Notes: generated by a model from the letters alone, not told the origin. Positions 51,088-62,036 are shown, counted from the first letter of the whole stretch. The stretch is DNA of 63,810 nt, filler included, from Perkinsus chesapeaki ATCC PRA-425 (GCA_013115145.1; 10 parts of 10 records of this genome joined end to end with filler, not necessarily neighbours in it); one strand, 5' to 3'. Translations and numbers: made by a program.

Positions 51088-51423
51088 TTCCTCATCTCGA
51101 CGAGTTATGAGGTTGCTTTCACGCACGCCCCACCTCAACTGAAAGCAGTTGCATCTGCTGTGAATCTCTGTTTCATGGCGATCGCCAACGCCCTCTCCGC
51201 TGTACTTTTTCAAATCGCGTCTCCCTGGCTGCCCAACTTTGACTTCAGCAAACCAGAGGAGTCTGTCATTGGTTCTCATTATGATTACTACTATTATGTT
51301 CTGATAGGCATATGCCTTTTCGGAGCTGCTTGTTGCCTGCTCACCGTACCTTACTACCGCCGCGTCCATGCTGTGGCGATGGCTCGTCAGAAGTCCGAGT
51401 ACGACGGCGGTCTGGATCTGTGA
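51088..51423 (+). CDS. POT/PTR2 proton-dependent oligopeptide transporter, C-terminal part
   Basis: FLISTSYEVAFTHAPPQLKAVASAVNLCFMAIANALSAVL...YDYYYYVLIGICLFGAACCLL: an EFAYxxAP-type motif plus the final TM helices. Confidence 0.75.
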   Translation, partial: FLISTSYEVAFTHAPPQLKAVASAVNLCFMAIANALSAVLFQIASPWLPNFDFSKPEESVIGSHYDYYYYVLIGICLFGAACCLLTVPYYRRVHAVAMARQKSEYDGGLDL

Positions 51424-52118
51424 GCAGCAACTGTCTTGTCAAACCTTTCGCATAATATTTTCGTCACTAGTGAGGATTCACACTGTAGTCTCTATTTAGT
51501 CGTCAAATAACAATAATACAGTCATTTCGCTCTACCATGGAAGTTGCTTAGTCAATCCCCACACATATGTATAATACCCGGATAACCAGTAGTCGGAGAC
51601 TGTTATACATTGCGAATTAGCGAACACCATGAAATCTGTAACCGGTGGGTTATACTGAGCGTGCGGGTTAAGCCTGCCGGTTTTGTAATTTTATTGTATC
51701 AACGTCTTTGCGCATCAGTGGTACGGTACCGCCAATCCTATTGGGGATTGGGCTAGTGGTCGTCTCTGCCCTGAAGAGGCTTTTCTTTCTATAGAGGCAG
51801 GCCTACCGACCCCACGTCTTTGTCGCACTAGCCGCAGCATCACATATAGCCCCAGCTCTAATTACGCGCGCATGATGCTGATCGTCGCAGTCCGGGTGTC
51901 AAGCTTGGGCGCGATTCCCGGACCCACTAGGTTCGTACCTGCAAGTGCGAGACCTATTTGATTGAGTCACCAGAGCTGGCATAACGGAAGTTGATTCTAG
52001 AACGGGGATATTCAAGAGGGATTATACTGATACGGGGTTATACACTTCAGGATACTGCTTTTGAGATGTAGTTACTACATTGTAGTACAATTCACTAGAG
52101 ACTAAGGCTTACGATGAA

Positions 52119-52192
52119 TACTCTGGGCGGGACTTGAACCCGCAACCTTTGGATTAGAAGTCCAACGCTCTATCCGATTGAGCCACCAGAGC
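52119..52192 (-). tRNA. trnR: tRNA-Arg(UCU)
   Basis: GCTCTGGTGGCTCAATCGGATAGAGCGTTGGACTTCTAATCCAAAGGTTGCGGGTTCAAGTCCCGCCCAGAGTA forms a full cloverleaf with anticodon TCT. Confidence 0.95.
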
Positions 52193-52507
52193 TGCGTCAT
52201 AGAGAGACACTCTCAACGCATGGTGCTTCATGAGCAATTATTAAACAGTTCGTTCATTCCTTGACAGCTCCTGGGTATCAGCCGACCAGGATGGGGTCTA
52301 CTCTAGAGTTTCCCTTCCCAAATGTGTCAAGGCGACTCCCCCATGTCGGACAGCCTGTTGCAGCGCATTCTGAGATGCCCAGGCTCAAGCGGAACGGTTG
52401 CTGAGAAGGATGCATTCAAATACCGGCAACGGCATACTATTGTTATCGGGATACGCACCCGAGCGCTCCGATACGAGTCAAATCGGTTCATGGTTCGGGG
52501 CTCGGAT

Positions 52508-52688
52508 CTCGAGCTCCGAGCCCAATCAAGTTTCCTCGAGCTTGGAGCCCAATCAAGTCTCCTCGAGCTCCGAGCCCAATCAAGTTCCCTCGAGCTTGGA
52601 GCCCAATCAAGTCTCCTCGAGCTCCGAGCCCAATCAAGTTTCCTCGAGCTTGGAGCCCAATCAAGTCTCCTCGAGCTCCGAGCCCAAT
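52508..52688. repeat. 27-bp tandem repeat with alternating A/B variants (54-bp higher order), running into the gap
   Basis: CTCGAGCTCCGAGCCCAATCAAGTT(T/C)C alternates with CTCGAGCTTGGAGCCCAATCAAGTCTC; 6.7 units are visible. Confidence 0.95.
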
Positions 52689-52788
52689 NNNNNNNNNNNN
52701 NNNNNNNNNNNNNNNNNNNNNNNNNNNNNNNNTTAATTAATTAANNNNNNNNNNNNNNNNNNNNNNNNNNNNNNNNNNNNNNNNNNNN
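52689..52788. other. Artificial contig linker
   Basis: 44 N + TTAATTAATTAA + 44 N. Confidence 0.99.
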
Positions 52789-55064
52789 ACACCAGATCAT
52801 GCGCATATTGCTTACCCTCCTCGAAATCGCTCGGAACGGCATAGCAGAGTCGAGCTCCTCTAGCATTATGAACCCGAGTAGTAGAAACACGCTTCATGAG
52901 CAATCCGTCCTGAGCCAGCGAGAAGTCAGGCAGCTCCTTAGCGAGCTCGCGAGCAAGTTCGGAGACCTCCGCCACCTCCAATCCCTCAGGCACGGCAGCT
53001 CCGAGTGCAGAAAAAATAGCTCGCAGACAAGGAGATCGCCACTGCAGCTTAAGCAGCTCATCTCTCGCAGGGCGCCCAGCCGACATGACATAGCGTTCCG
53101 GTGGTGCAAGCACATCGGCGTCAGCCAAGGCAAATAGCTGAGTGTCGTAGGACCCACAGGTGAAGGCCTCTCCACCAGGACCATCATCCTCACGGTTGCC
53201 AGGAGAAGAATCTTCTGCAGGCAACGTGCCCCCCTGGCGAGAACCCACATGAGGCACACTGCGCTGTAATACTGCGACCGGCACTTTCCAAGCAATGGAT
53301 AGCCTGCTCAGATCATCAGCAAGCGAATTCTCCTTACCAGCTAAATGATAGGTCACGGGAACCAAACCATGACGACGGCGCCAAACCTCGCGAAGATCCG
53401 CCATGGCCTCGACGAGGCGAGAAATAGCGACACGCTCCAAGGACTTGCACGTGAGCTTATTACCACCGGTTACCCAAGAGATAGCAGTATGGGAATCCGA
53501 CCAGAACCGAACCTTCAGAGGGTAGACATACGCCACCACAGAGTTGAGGAAGAGATAGGCCCCCGCCAGGGCGAAAGCTTCCTTGCGATTCTGATGCCAG
53601 TTATACTGCGCATTTTTCCATATCTTCGCCTTGCGGCAAAGCACGGTCTCCTCGAGGTTAGCTGCTGGCACTTGGGGTTGTCCGGTCGGCTTGTCGTCCT
53701 TAGTAAGCAGCGCAACAATTCCCATACCAGAAGGACTGGCATCAGCGTAGAGATCGAGGTAGTCAGCCTGGAAACACACCGGATGGTCACACACAGATGG
53801 CTTGTCTCGCAGAACCTTCAGCGCGAGGTTCAGGGCAATAGCTTCGTCCCTAGCTAATTCAACAGACTCATCCCAGGATGACGTCTTCCAACGGCCAGAT
53901 ACTCTTCGAACAATGTCGCCCGCTAGGGACTGCTCGCCATGGACAGACAGCGCGTCGAACGCGGCGCCGGCGATCTTGAAAGCACACCGCTTCGTTATCT
54001 TTGACCCAGTTTGCAGGGTCCCCTGCAGCGGCAAAGGAATATGCGTGCAGCGCAAACGCAGCTCACAGCGGTTGCAAGCAACTGGCTGTGCAACGAAACC
54101 GACTCCAAGATGGGTAAAGCCATCAAAGGGATCGCAGCGGCCTTCCACGTCGAAGTTAATGGAGTGCATCTTGGCCGGGGCGAACTCGAAGCCCCAACTA
54201 GCCCCAATGCGGACCAGGGCTGCCTTGAAGGCACATACAGCCCGACTATCTCCCAAGAGCGTCAGATCATCCACGTAGACGAAGTGGTACAGAGGGAGCA
54301 ACCCACCACTGTCCTTTGGCAGGCTCTCGCGGGCCGCATCCACAAGGCGGTGAAGAACTTCTTCGAGAACAGCTGGGCCGCATCGCAGGCCGAAGACCAA
54401 ACGCCTGGCCGCATACACGCGACCCAGGCACCGAATAAGAGCACACTTTCGGTGGAGGCGGACCCGATAGAACGCTGTCATACAGTCTAGGGTCTCCAGA
54501 GTCAACAAAGGCGACACCTTCGCGGCCCTGGCCTTGGCAGCGATCTGCGCAAGCGCGAGTCTTATCTGAGAGAGAATGACCGGACACGAGGCACCGACAT
54601 AGGAACTGCTAGGAGACAGCCGATTGCACTGGCGAACGTCCACGCAAGGGCGGACTTTCACCTGCCCCTGTGGAACCGGAAAAGCCACCGCTTCAGGCAG
54701 TTGCTCCTCATCTTCGACCACACCCTCGCTGCTCGGTCGCTCAGGGTTGACAGACTGTGTCTCAGTCCACCAGCCGCGGGACGTGAACTTGGCGATCTCC
54801 TGCTTGAAGGTCCGCTTCTGGTCCTCGGTCAGGCGGTTGTAAAGAGGGATGGAGAAGTCCGTAGGAGGCTTGAGGGTCTTGGTTCCAGGCGGCGCTGCGG
54901 TGACACTCCAGCGAACCTCAGCAACATGGGTTTGGTCAGGACAGTCTTTCTCTTCATCCTCCCTTATAGGCCTCAGGCGGACCGCGTATTGAGGGGCGCC
55001 CCTGACAGAGCACCAAGACTCGTCAAAAGTGTGTACCTTGCGGCCTGGCTCTGGGGGTGGAGTG
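52789..55064 (-). mobile_element. LTR-retrotransposon pol fragment: RT + RNase H
   Basis: RT motifs CVDVRQCN, LDCMTAF, RLVFGLRCGP and FVYVDD. RNase H motifs LYADAS, NRKEAFAL, FWSDSH and HLAGKENSLADDLSR. One frameshift near 54965. Confidence 0.9.
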
Positions 55065-55164
55065 NNNNNNNNNNNNNNNNNNNNNNNNNNNNNNNNNNNN
55101 NNNNNNNNTTAATTAATTAANNNNNNNNNNNNNNNNNNNNNNNNNNNNNNNNNNNNNNNNNNNN
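55065..55164. other. Artificial contig linker
   Basis: 44 N + TTAATTAATTAA + 44 N. Confidence 0.99.
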
Positions 55165-55171
55165 TTACTAC

Positions 55172-55327
55172 CTGGAATTCCTTATCATTATCTATTCCTA
55201 TATCAAATCGGCAGGTAAACTTTCTTATCGGTCCTCCTCCACCACCACCTCTAGGAGATGACGTCTTCGAAGGACTTCTACTTTTCCTCTCGGTTGCCGA
55301 GGATGACACTATTCCCTTCGGGTGCAC
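55172..55327 (-). CDS. Exon of a probable KH-domain RNA-binding protein (partial); upstream exons in this contig may belong to the same gene
   Basis: RKFTCRFDIGIDNDKEFQ followed by a GT donor. It resembles the segment preceding the IIG-GxxG loop in alveolate KH proteins; the GxxG itself lies beyond the contig edge. Confidence 0.45.
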
Positions 55328-56980
55328 ATCACATTCTTAAACAACCGATATCCCCCACCAAAACGTTCTTCATTTTTACCTTTAATTATGTCATCCTCTT
55401 TTACCGCATAATCGTCCTCCTCTTCATCAAAGGTTTCACAACGATCTTCGGGAATGCAAGCTGTTGAAAATGGCCTACACTCGCTCCAAGGAGAAGCGTC
55501 ATAGCCAAACGGAGATGACCCAGTCCTTAGCTCGGACATTAACCTTAATGTTAATAATAGTACATATAATCCAAATTCTGCCTCTCTTACTGGCTCATAG
55601 TTTGCTCCTCCTCCTCCTCCCCCTCAGATCCTTCAATGGCATGATTAGACTGCTGCATAATACTGCTTAATACATCGACAGGTGTGTAGATGCAAGGCGT
55701 AAGATCGACGATACCAGGAGTAGCAGCATCGTTATCAAACGAAAGGGTATTTCTGTAGCCATCTATACGAGTGATATCATTAGTGAATGAACTTGGCGTG
55801 GTGTAGAGTCCCCAGGCTACCCTGAGAACTCCTTCGACACCTTTGAGCATCTGACAAGAAGTAGTAGTGGTGGTGTTTGTTGTGGTTAGGATTGGTAATA
55901 TTATAATAATTACTTTATCGTTCAAATCTTGTACAGCATTTTGGGCATCGGTCAATTGTTTATAATAAACATGTGCAACATCCTTCTCTGGACCGATAAC
56001 TTCAATAATGCTAACTTCACCATATCGTCTGAATACCTAGAGAATCTTAGCTTCAACCATGCAAGATACAAAACAGCTCAACTTGCCCACCTTTCTCAGG
56101 TCATCTTCTGACAACTGAAAGTAATTATCATCTCCTTGTACACACATTGACAGGGGATATCCTGATCTTCGCTTCGTATCCTTATCAGTGATGTCGTCGT
56201 ATCCTAGTACGAACCAAGGTTGAATTGAATTTGGTCCTCCTCCACCTCCATGTTCACTGTCACGTTCCAAAGCTCTCGCGGGTTCATCGTTAAAGTTATG
56301 AACTAAAAAGCACGTTGGTGCAAAACAATGCTTTTTCTTATTCTTCTTACCAGTCGATGATGATGTTTCATTGGTCATAAAGTCCAACAGTTGGGTGACA
56401 ATATCACCACTGCGCTCCGGTCTTGCACCCGGTGAAGCCTGAAACAAGAAGACTCCAATCCTCTATCGACTACATTAGTGTACCCTCCAAAGGGAACTGC
56501 TTCTACTGGGGGGGTCTAAGACGGTATTCAGTCCATCAGTGTTAGAGTCGTTATTTCCTGATAGTCAATATAGGACTACTGTGGAGGAGGTAGAGTGGGG
56601 GCACTACTTGGTAAAGATGCCTGCTCCAGTATGGGCGAGGGGTTATCCAATGGAACCATGCTGATCGGAGGGGTTAACGAGAAAGCAATAGCACAGAATC
56701 AAATGATTCAAAAATGAACACACTAATGAAGAAAAAACAACTTTGATATTTAATGTAGAAAAATGTCCGACCCGGGAATCGAACTCGGGACCTCCGAGAA
56801 GAAATAAGACTGCTGATTCGAGGGGGAATAAGGAAGCCTTGCGAGGGTATCCAAGGTAAGAGAAACACATGGAATGTGTGTAGTGATCAATACTGAGTAT
56901 TTTGCACAATGTAGATGCATGACGTTTGTATATCTGTGATACTTCGCTTCGCTCATGCGAGCGCGGTTTCATTTCCGTTT

Positions 56981-57080
56981 NNNNNNNNNNNNNNNNNNNN
57001 NNNNNNNNNNNNNNNNNNNNNNNNTTAATTAATTAANNNNNNNNNNNNNNNNNNNNNNNNNNNNNNNNNNNNNNNNNNNN
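56981..57080. other. Artificial contig linker
   Basis: 44 N + TTAATTAATTAA + 44 N. Confidence 0.99.
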
Positions 57081-57224
57081 TTGTGGTGGTGGTCGTTGTA
57101 GTTGTTGTAGTTGTGGTGGTTGTTGTAGTTGTTGTAGTGGTAGTTGTGGTGGTCGTAGTTGTTGTAGTGGTGGTCGTAGTTGTTGTAGTGGTGGTCGTAG
57201 TTGTTGTAGTTGTGGTGGTCGTGG

Positions 57225-57225
<1 letters not shown>
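57081..57225 (-). repeat. (ACN)n tract, poly-Thr-coding on the - strand; 3' flank of the LINE
   Basis: Every triplet is ACA, ACC, ACG or ACT in one frame. Confidence 0.9.
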
Positions 57226-57273
<48 letters not shown>

Positions 57274-57354
57274 GTAGTTTAGAGTCCGACGCCAATATGG
57301 CTTAGTCAGACTGTCTTACACGTTGTTGCACTCGTATGTTCCCACTTAATAGTT

Positions 57355-60300
57355 CTAGTCGGTCAAGGCCCGGCCGGTCCCTAGGGACTCGACTGAGCGG
57401 CAGACCAGGTTTAATGACTTTAGCCGTTCCAAAGAGATAGAGTACTGGCCCACGGTACCAATTGTATTGTGCCAAGCTGGTCGATTGCGTATAATGGGAC
57501 AGACCATTATCTTGTGCTGACCGTCGTCTGTTACATCACAGTAGGGGCATAGAGGTGAGTCCTGCATTCCCAGGCGGTGCCGATAGGAGCCTAGGGATTT
57601 AGAGCGGTTCAGAAGGACCCTAATGACTGGAGGTAGGATGTCAGCATTAGACCAGACGAGTCTTCTTTGATGGTGCGAGCCAAGTAGCGATCGGACTGGC
57701 ATTTTACAGCTTAACAGATCTCTTTCCAAGTTACCGTTCATCTTTACCAGTAGCAGTCTCTTAGCGTTGGCCTTGGACCTGGCCACCGGTGTGAAGGTAG
57801 GTAGGCTGCGAGCCACATTAGCCGCCTTATCAGCGAGGTCGTTGCCCAGTATTTCGTCACTGTGGGATGGTATCCAGCAGAGCATAGATTTGGTCTCCTT
57901 AATCAGGTCCCTAATGAGGTTAAGAGGGTCCTTAGCGACGGTCGAGCAGATCGAGAGTAGTGCAGAGGAGGAGTCTGTGAAGATGTTGGCCTCTCCTGGC
58001 CGAAGAAAACGTCGGCAGTACTTGAGGGCTTCAAGTAGGGCTGCTATCTCGCATTGGGCTATGGTAGAGTGATCAGGTAGCCTCCAGTACTTTTGAGTCA
58101 CCACTAAGTCCGACGAGTCCATAACCACAAAAGCTGCTCCAGCAGTATTACTCTTGCAACATAGGGACCCGTCAGTATAGATCCTGTACTTAGATAGGTC
58201 TCTGGCATTGGCTAGTTCAATAGCTGAGCTTCTGTTCACCGATAACCGGACATGTCTTGTGCAGTCTTCATCCTTCCCGTCCATTCGGCCGTAAACCTCA
58301 AACTCTCGTGTTAGTGCTTCTGGGACAGCCTCACAGAGGTAGGCGGTGAACTTCTTCTTAACCGGCGTTTTAACGCCCAGAAGGAGACACTCCCTAAAGT
58401 CCTTGTTGTGTAGGTACTCGATACATGCCCGGTCCCGAAGGGTAACTGAGAGCGGGTGGCGGCCTGATAGTGCCAAAACCTCTCTTGTGGCCGAAAAGTG
58501 GGAGATCCTGTACGCAGACTTAAGGTACTTTGCCTGGAACTGGTCGAGAAGCTTCTGTGACCTCTTTTCAAAGAGGGTGCTACCATAGCAGCTCAGAGCA
58601 TAGGTTAGAGTCGGTACGATGACGACATCGAAGATCCTCAGCATAGCCGAGACCGAGAGACCGTAGTTCTTGCGGACATAACGGAGGACAGAGCCCAGCG
58701 TGCGTTGGCATTTCAAGATACCCTCTCTAAGGTGTAGGAAGCCGGATAAGGACTTGGGTAAAGTTACCCCTAGGATCCTGATCGATTGGCTCTGAAAACA
58801 CCGAGAGTTGTAGCTCGTTAAGACTTCCGTCTTCTCCATCGAGAGGGCGAGTCCTATCCTGTCCAAGTAGGTGCCCGCACAGAGTATACAAGCCCGGATT
58901 GTCTCGTCCATCTCATTGATAGGGAGGCCTTTCCGGAAGTTAAAGACCAGAAAGGAGTCGTCGGCATAGGAGAGGACGTTAACATTGTAGCCAGCGCCGT
59001 CATAGATGGGGTCCCTCTGCAGCTCGGATAAGGTGTCGAAGCAGACGATGTTGAAAAGTAGTGGACTGAGTATCGCCCCTTGAGGAGTGCCGCGGTCTCC
59101 GGGAGAGTAACGGTAGGTAGATACACCTAGGTAGTGGGCATGATTGACGCGTCCAGATAACCAGTTCATGATCCAGTTACATAAGGCCGGGTGGACATCG
59201 TGCTTGACCAAAGAATTAAGGATGGACTCGTGCTTGATGTTACCGAACGCGTTGGAGCAGTCCAAGGCCGCTATCGACCATACCTTTTTACCAGATACAT
59301 CCTTCCTTATCCTATTTACCAACCTGCTAGTGCTCCTGTTCGGTAGATAGCCAAACATCATGTCTGAGTTTAACATCATATCAACCATGCTTTGCAGTTT
59401 AGAGCCCACCACGGCCTCACATAGTTTACCGATCACTGAGAGAAGGGAGATAGGTCGGACACTGTTTATTTTGCCTTCGTTCTTTCCTTTCGGCAGGAAA
59501 CAAACCAGGGCAGATTTAAACGAGTTAGGCACGAAACCGAAGTTGATACAGGCTGTATATATACCAGCGAGCTCAGTGATGACCCAGTGGGGAGTTTCAG
59601 CTAGGTGCCGGAGCCGTAGGCCATCTTCACCACTGGCTTTATTCCAGTTCTTTCTTCTCGATCGGAGGATACTCTCCACTTCTTCAGCAGTAATGTGCGC
59701 CTCGGATGCAGAGCTCGTACTTAATATCGGCCAAGGCATAGCTTGGGGAGGTTCCTTAGAGCCTAGGTAAGTGTCAGATAGCCGTTCAACCGTTTCGTAG
59801 GGGGAGGAGTCGCCGATCAGTAAAGACGGACCAAGCCTAGCTGGTGACTTAACCTTCTTGAGGAAGTTCATATCCATTTCAATCCTGTTCGCAAAGGTCT
59901 CAAAACCTTTGCTTTTCTTGAGATCAATCAGCTCGCGGTAAGTGGTTCTCGACGCCTTATACTCCTCACTGCCTTTGCCATACAGTCGTTCTTGCCTCTT
60001 GAGGTTGGCACGGGCTTGTCGGCAATCATCATCCCACCACTGCTTATCCTTTCTTTGTCGAGGGGGCTTCTTCTTCGGCGTGGCTGCTCTGGCAGCTTCT
60101 TGTAGTCGTGCACGAAGGCTCTCTAACCTGAGTGATATAGTCTCTTCGTTCCGGATAGGAGTAGAAGTATCTAGTGGGTTCTTGGCCAAGAAGTCGTGGT
60201 ACATTTCCCAGTTTGTACGGGAAAAGCACAAATCGCTTAGAGCATTTTGCCCTGTCACCGAAGTATTATAGGGGTCCTCTTGGTTATTAGGGCCAGCCTT

Positions 60301-60942
60301 GAAGCTGATGATGAAGTGGTCACTCAGGGACTCTTCTTCGCTGACGTACCAGTCCCTAACTATTGTGTCAGAGCCATAGAGAGTTATGACCACTATGGAC
60401 TCCCTGGAGTCGTCGGTTGCAGAGGCGACATGTTTGTAGGTGGGCTTAAGGTTAATGGTGTCATTCGCACAGTTTAAGAGACAGGCATCCATGAACTCCG
60501 CTACTTGGTTGCCCGTACGGTTGGCGGCTCCATTTCTCCTCTCTGGATGAAGAACTCCCCATAGATCGTGATAGCCGTTGCAGTCGCCGGCCAAGATGAC
60601 GTCACCACGATGAAGGAGTGCATCACTTAGCTGCCAGAGAAAGAGGATGTCGTCAGAGCCAGGGGGAATATAAAAGGAGCAGACGCATAGGTTGCTGGAG
60701 GTGACCATTATAGACTCGTCAGAGGAGATGCTCGGGACCACAGCGAAAAGATGAGAGAGGTTGTGGTGGATATACACAGAGGCCTTCGAAGACTGGGAGT
60801 TCCTAAAACAGACATAACCCGACAAGTGGTATGCTCTTGGAGGTTCCTGAACAAGCAAAAAGTCGGGTTTAAAAATTTGAGAAATTGAGTTCATAGAGGC
60901 TTTTGATTTGTTACAATTTATCTGAATAAATTTATAAAACAT
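57355..60942 (-). CDS. LINE ORF2, 1195 aa: AP endonuclease, reverse transcriptase, RNase H, C-terminal Cys/His knuckle
   Basis: QINCN, VQEP, AGDCNG, SDH (EN); RPISLL, PQGAILSPLLF, YADD (RT); IYTDGS, CEIAA, FTDS, WIPSH, GNDLAD (RNase H); CPYC...H...C. Confidence 0.95.
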   Translation of the reverse strand: MFYKFIQINCNKSKASMNSISQIFKPDFLLVQEPPRAYHLSGYVCFRNSQSSKASVYIHHNLSHLFAVVPSISSDESIMVTSSNLCVCSFYIPPGSDDILFLWQLSDALLHRGDVILAGDCNGYHDLWGVLHPERRNGAANRTGNQVAEFMDACLLNCANDTINLKPTYKHVASATDDSRESIVVITLYGSDTIVRDWYVSEEESLSDHFIISFKAGPNNQEDPYNTSVTGQNALSDLCFSRTNWEMYHDFLAKNPLDTSTPIRNEETISLRLESLRARLQEAARAATPKKKPPRQRKDKQWWDDDCRQARANLKRQERLYGKGSEEYKASRTTYRELIDLKKSKGFETFANRIEMDMNFLKKVKSPARLGPSLLIGDSSPYETVERLSDTYLGSKEPPQAMPWPILSTSSASEAHITAEEVESILRSRRKNWNKASGEDGLRLRHLAETPHWVITELAGIYTACINFGFVPNSFKSALVCFLPKGKNEGKINSVRPISLLSVIGKLCEAVVGSKLQSMVDMMLNSDMMFGYLPNRSTSRLVNRIRKDVSGKKVWSIAALDCSNAFGNIKHESILNSLVKHDVHPALCNWIMNWLSGRVNHAHYLGVSTYRYSPGDRGTPQGAILSPLLFNIVCFDTLSELQRDPIYDGAGYNVNVLSYADDSFLVFNFRKGLPINEMDETIRACILCAGTYLDRIGLALSMEKTEVLTSYNSRCFQSQSIRILGVTLPKSLSGFLHLREGILKCQRTLGSVLRYVRKNYGLSVSAMLRIFDVVIVPTLTYALSCYGSTLFEKRSQKLLDQFQAKYLKSAYRISHFSATREVLALSGRHPLSVTLRDRACIEYLHNKDFRECLLLGVKTPVKKKFTAYLCEAVPEALTREFEVYGRMDGKDEDCTRHVRLSVNRSSAIELANARDLSKYRIYTDGSLCCKSNTAGAAFVVMDSSDLVVTQKYWRLPDHSTIAQCEIAALLEALKYCRRFLRPGEANIFTDSSSALLSICSTVAKDPLNLIRDLIKETKSMLCWIPSHSDEILGNDLADKAANVARSLPTFTPVARSKANAKRLLLVKMNGNLERDLLSCKMPVRSLLGSHHQRRLVWSNADILPPVIRVLLNRSKSLGSYRHRLGMQDSPLCPYCDVTDDGQHKIMVCPIIRNRPAWHNTIGTVGQYSISLERLKSLNLVCRSVESLGTGRALTD

Positions 60943-60980
60943 TGATAAAATAATAGGTGTTAGTTGCTGGTCATCCCCGT

Positions 60981-62036
60981 CTACTGACAGGGAAGAGGTC
61001 CGTCGCCATAGTCAGTCATGTTGACCTTCCTCTGCTTCAACTCATTGGTCTTATGACAACATGAGTTGTCTCCTCTGAAAGGCGTGTGGCCCTCTAGACC
61101 GCATAGGCAGCACTTCAATCTATCAGGGAAGCCCTCGATCGGGCATTCCCCCGGTTTAAGAGAGTGCTTACCACAGCACCTAACACAGATCCTGTCTTCA
61201 GGTTTGGTCTTACAGTTTGCGGGGTTGGCATGGGCTTTGCCACAGGTCAAACATACTCGGACGGTGACCACGTCCTTGCACTTCAGCTTCTGGCCTTTGA
61301 CGAAGCAACCGCCTCTGGATATAAGCTCCTTCCTCTGGTCTGCATTCATGCGGTAGATGGTGATCTTATCGTTGGACCTGACTGTATGCCAGGTGCTCGG
61401 ATCCAGCTTGGGATTGTGGGTCTTGATGTCGGCGGGCAGGTTTTGGATGTCTTCTTGATAGTCGCCGGTAAAAATTAATACTTCAGGCTGAAGCTTGGGG
61501 GCTACACCTGCAGTAAACGGAAGATGATTCTGTACCAGCTTACTTTGGATGTCCTCCACAGCCGTCGAAGGGGAGGTGATAACCTCAATACCCTGCTGGC
61601 GTGGTTTGATTCTAATGATCTCTAGTCCATCCAAAGCGTCTTTGATCTTCTTTAGGTTAGCATCTTGACTATCCACTGGCTGTGGGGTAGTCGGGTTGAG
61701 CAAGACAGACTTGTTCTTCACATTAGGAGTAAAAACGCGATTGGTACTTGGCGGCTGTACACCGCTCACTGCAGCGTCTCTATACGAGCGCTGCCAGGGG
61801 TTATCTACACTATCTTCTAAATCCTTCCTAAGGCTTCTATTCTCTTCTAATAATTCAAAAAGATACAGACGAACCTCACTTACTAGCTTCTCTCCTAGTT
61901 CTCCTCTTTCTTTGGAGATCCTCTTATTAGCCTCATACTTCACAAGGTCCTCAATCTGGTTAAGGACCTTCGAAATGGGGGCTCGTCCGTCACTGTCGCA
62001 GCTAGCTGCGTCGCTGTTGTCAGGGATGGAAGACAT
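60981..62036 (-). CDS. LINE ORF1, 351 aa, gag-like with three C-terminal Cys/His knuckles
   Basis: N-terminal coiled coil, then CLTCGKAHANPANC, CVRCCGKHSLKPGEC and CCLCGLEGH. Confidence 0.88.
   Translation of the reverse strand: MSSIPDNSDAASCDSDGRAPISKVLNQIEDLVKYEANKRISKERGELGEKLVSEVRLYLFELLEENRSLRKDLEDSVDNPWQRSYRDAAVSGVQPPSTNRVFTPNVKNKSVLLNPTTPQPVDSQDANLKKIKDALDGLEIIRIKPRQQGIEVITSPSTAVEDIQSKLVQNHLPFTAGVAPKLQPEVLIFTGDYQEDIQNLPADIKTHNPKLDPSTWHTVRSNDKITIYRMNADQRKELISRGGCFVKGQKLKCKDVVTVRVCLTCGKAHANPANCKTKPEDRICVRCCGKHSLKPGECPIEGFPDRLKCCLCGLEGHTPFRGDNSCCHKTNELKQRKVNMTDYGDGPLPCQ

Noticed and set aside
57083-57277. Poly-Val ORF on + and poly-Asn/His ORF on - in the ORF track
   Set aside because: They are shadow frames of the (ACN)n tract; only the Thr frame has invariant first and second positions.
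59613-59627. SL-like CCGTAGGCCATCTT inside LINE ORF2; also short SL-like matches near 18100, 38066, 42134 and 45096
   Set aside because: These are short or gapped matches, antisense or internal to coding sequence, and not at transcript 5' ends; they are expected by chance.
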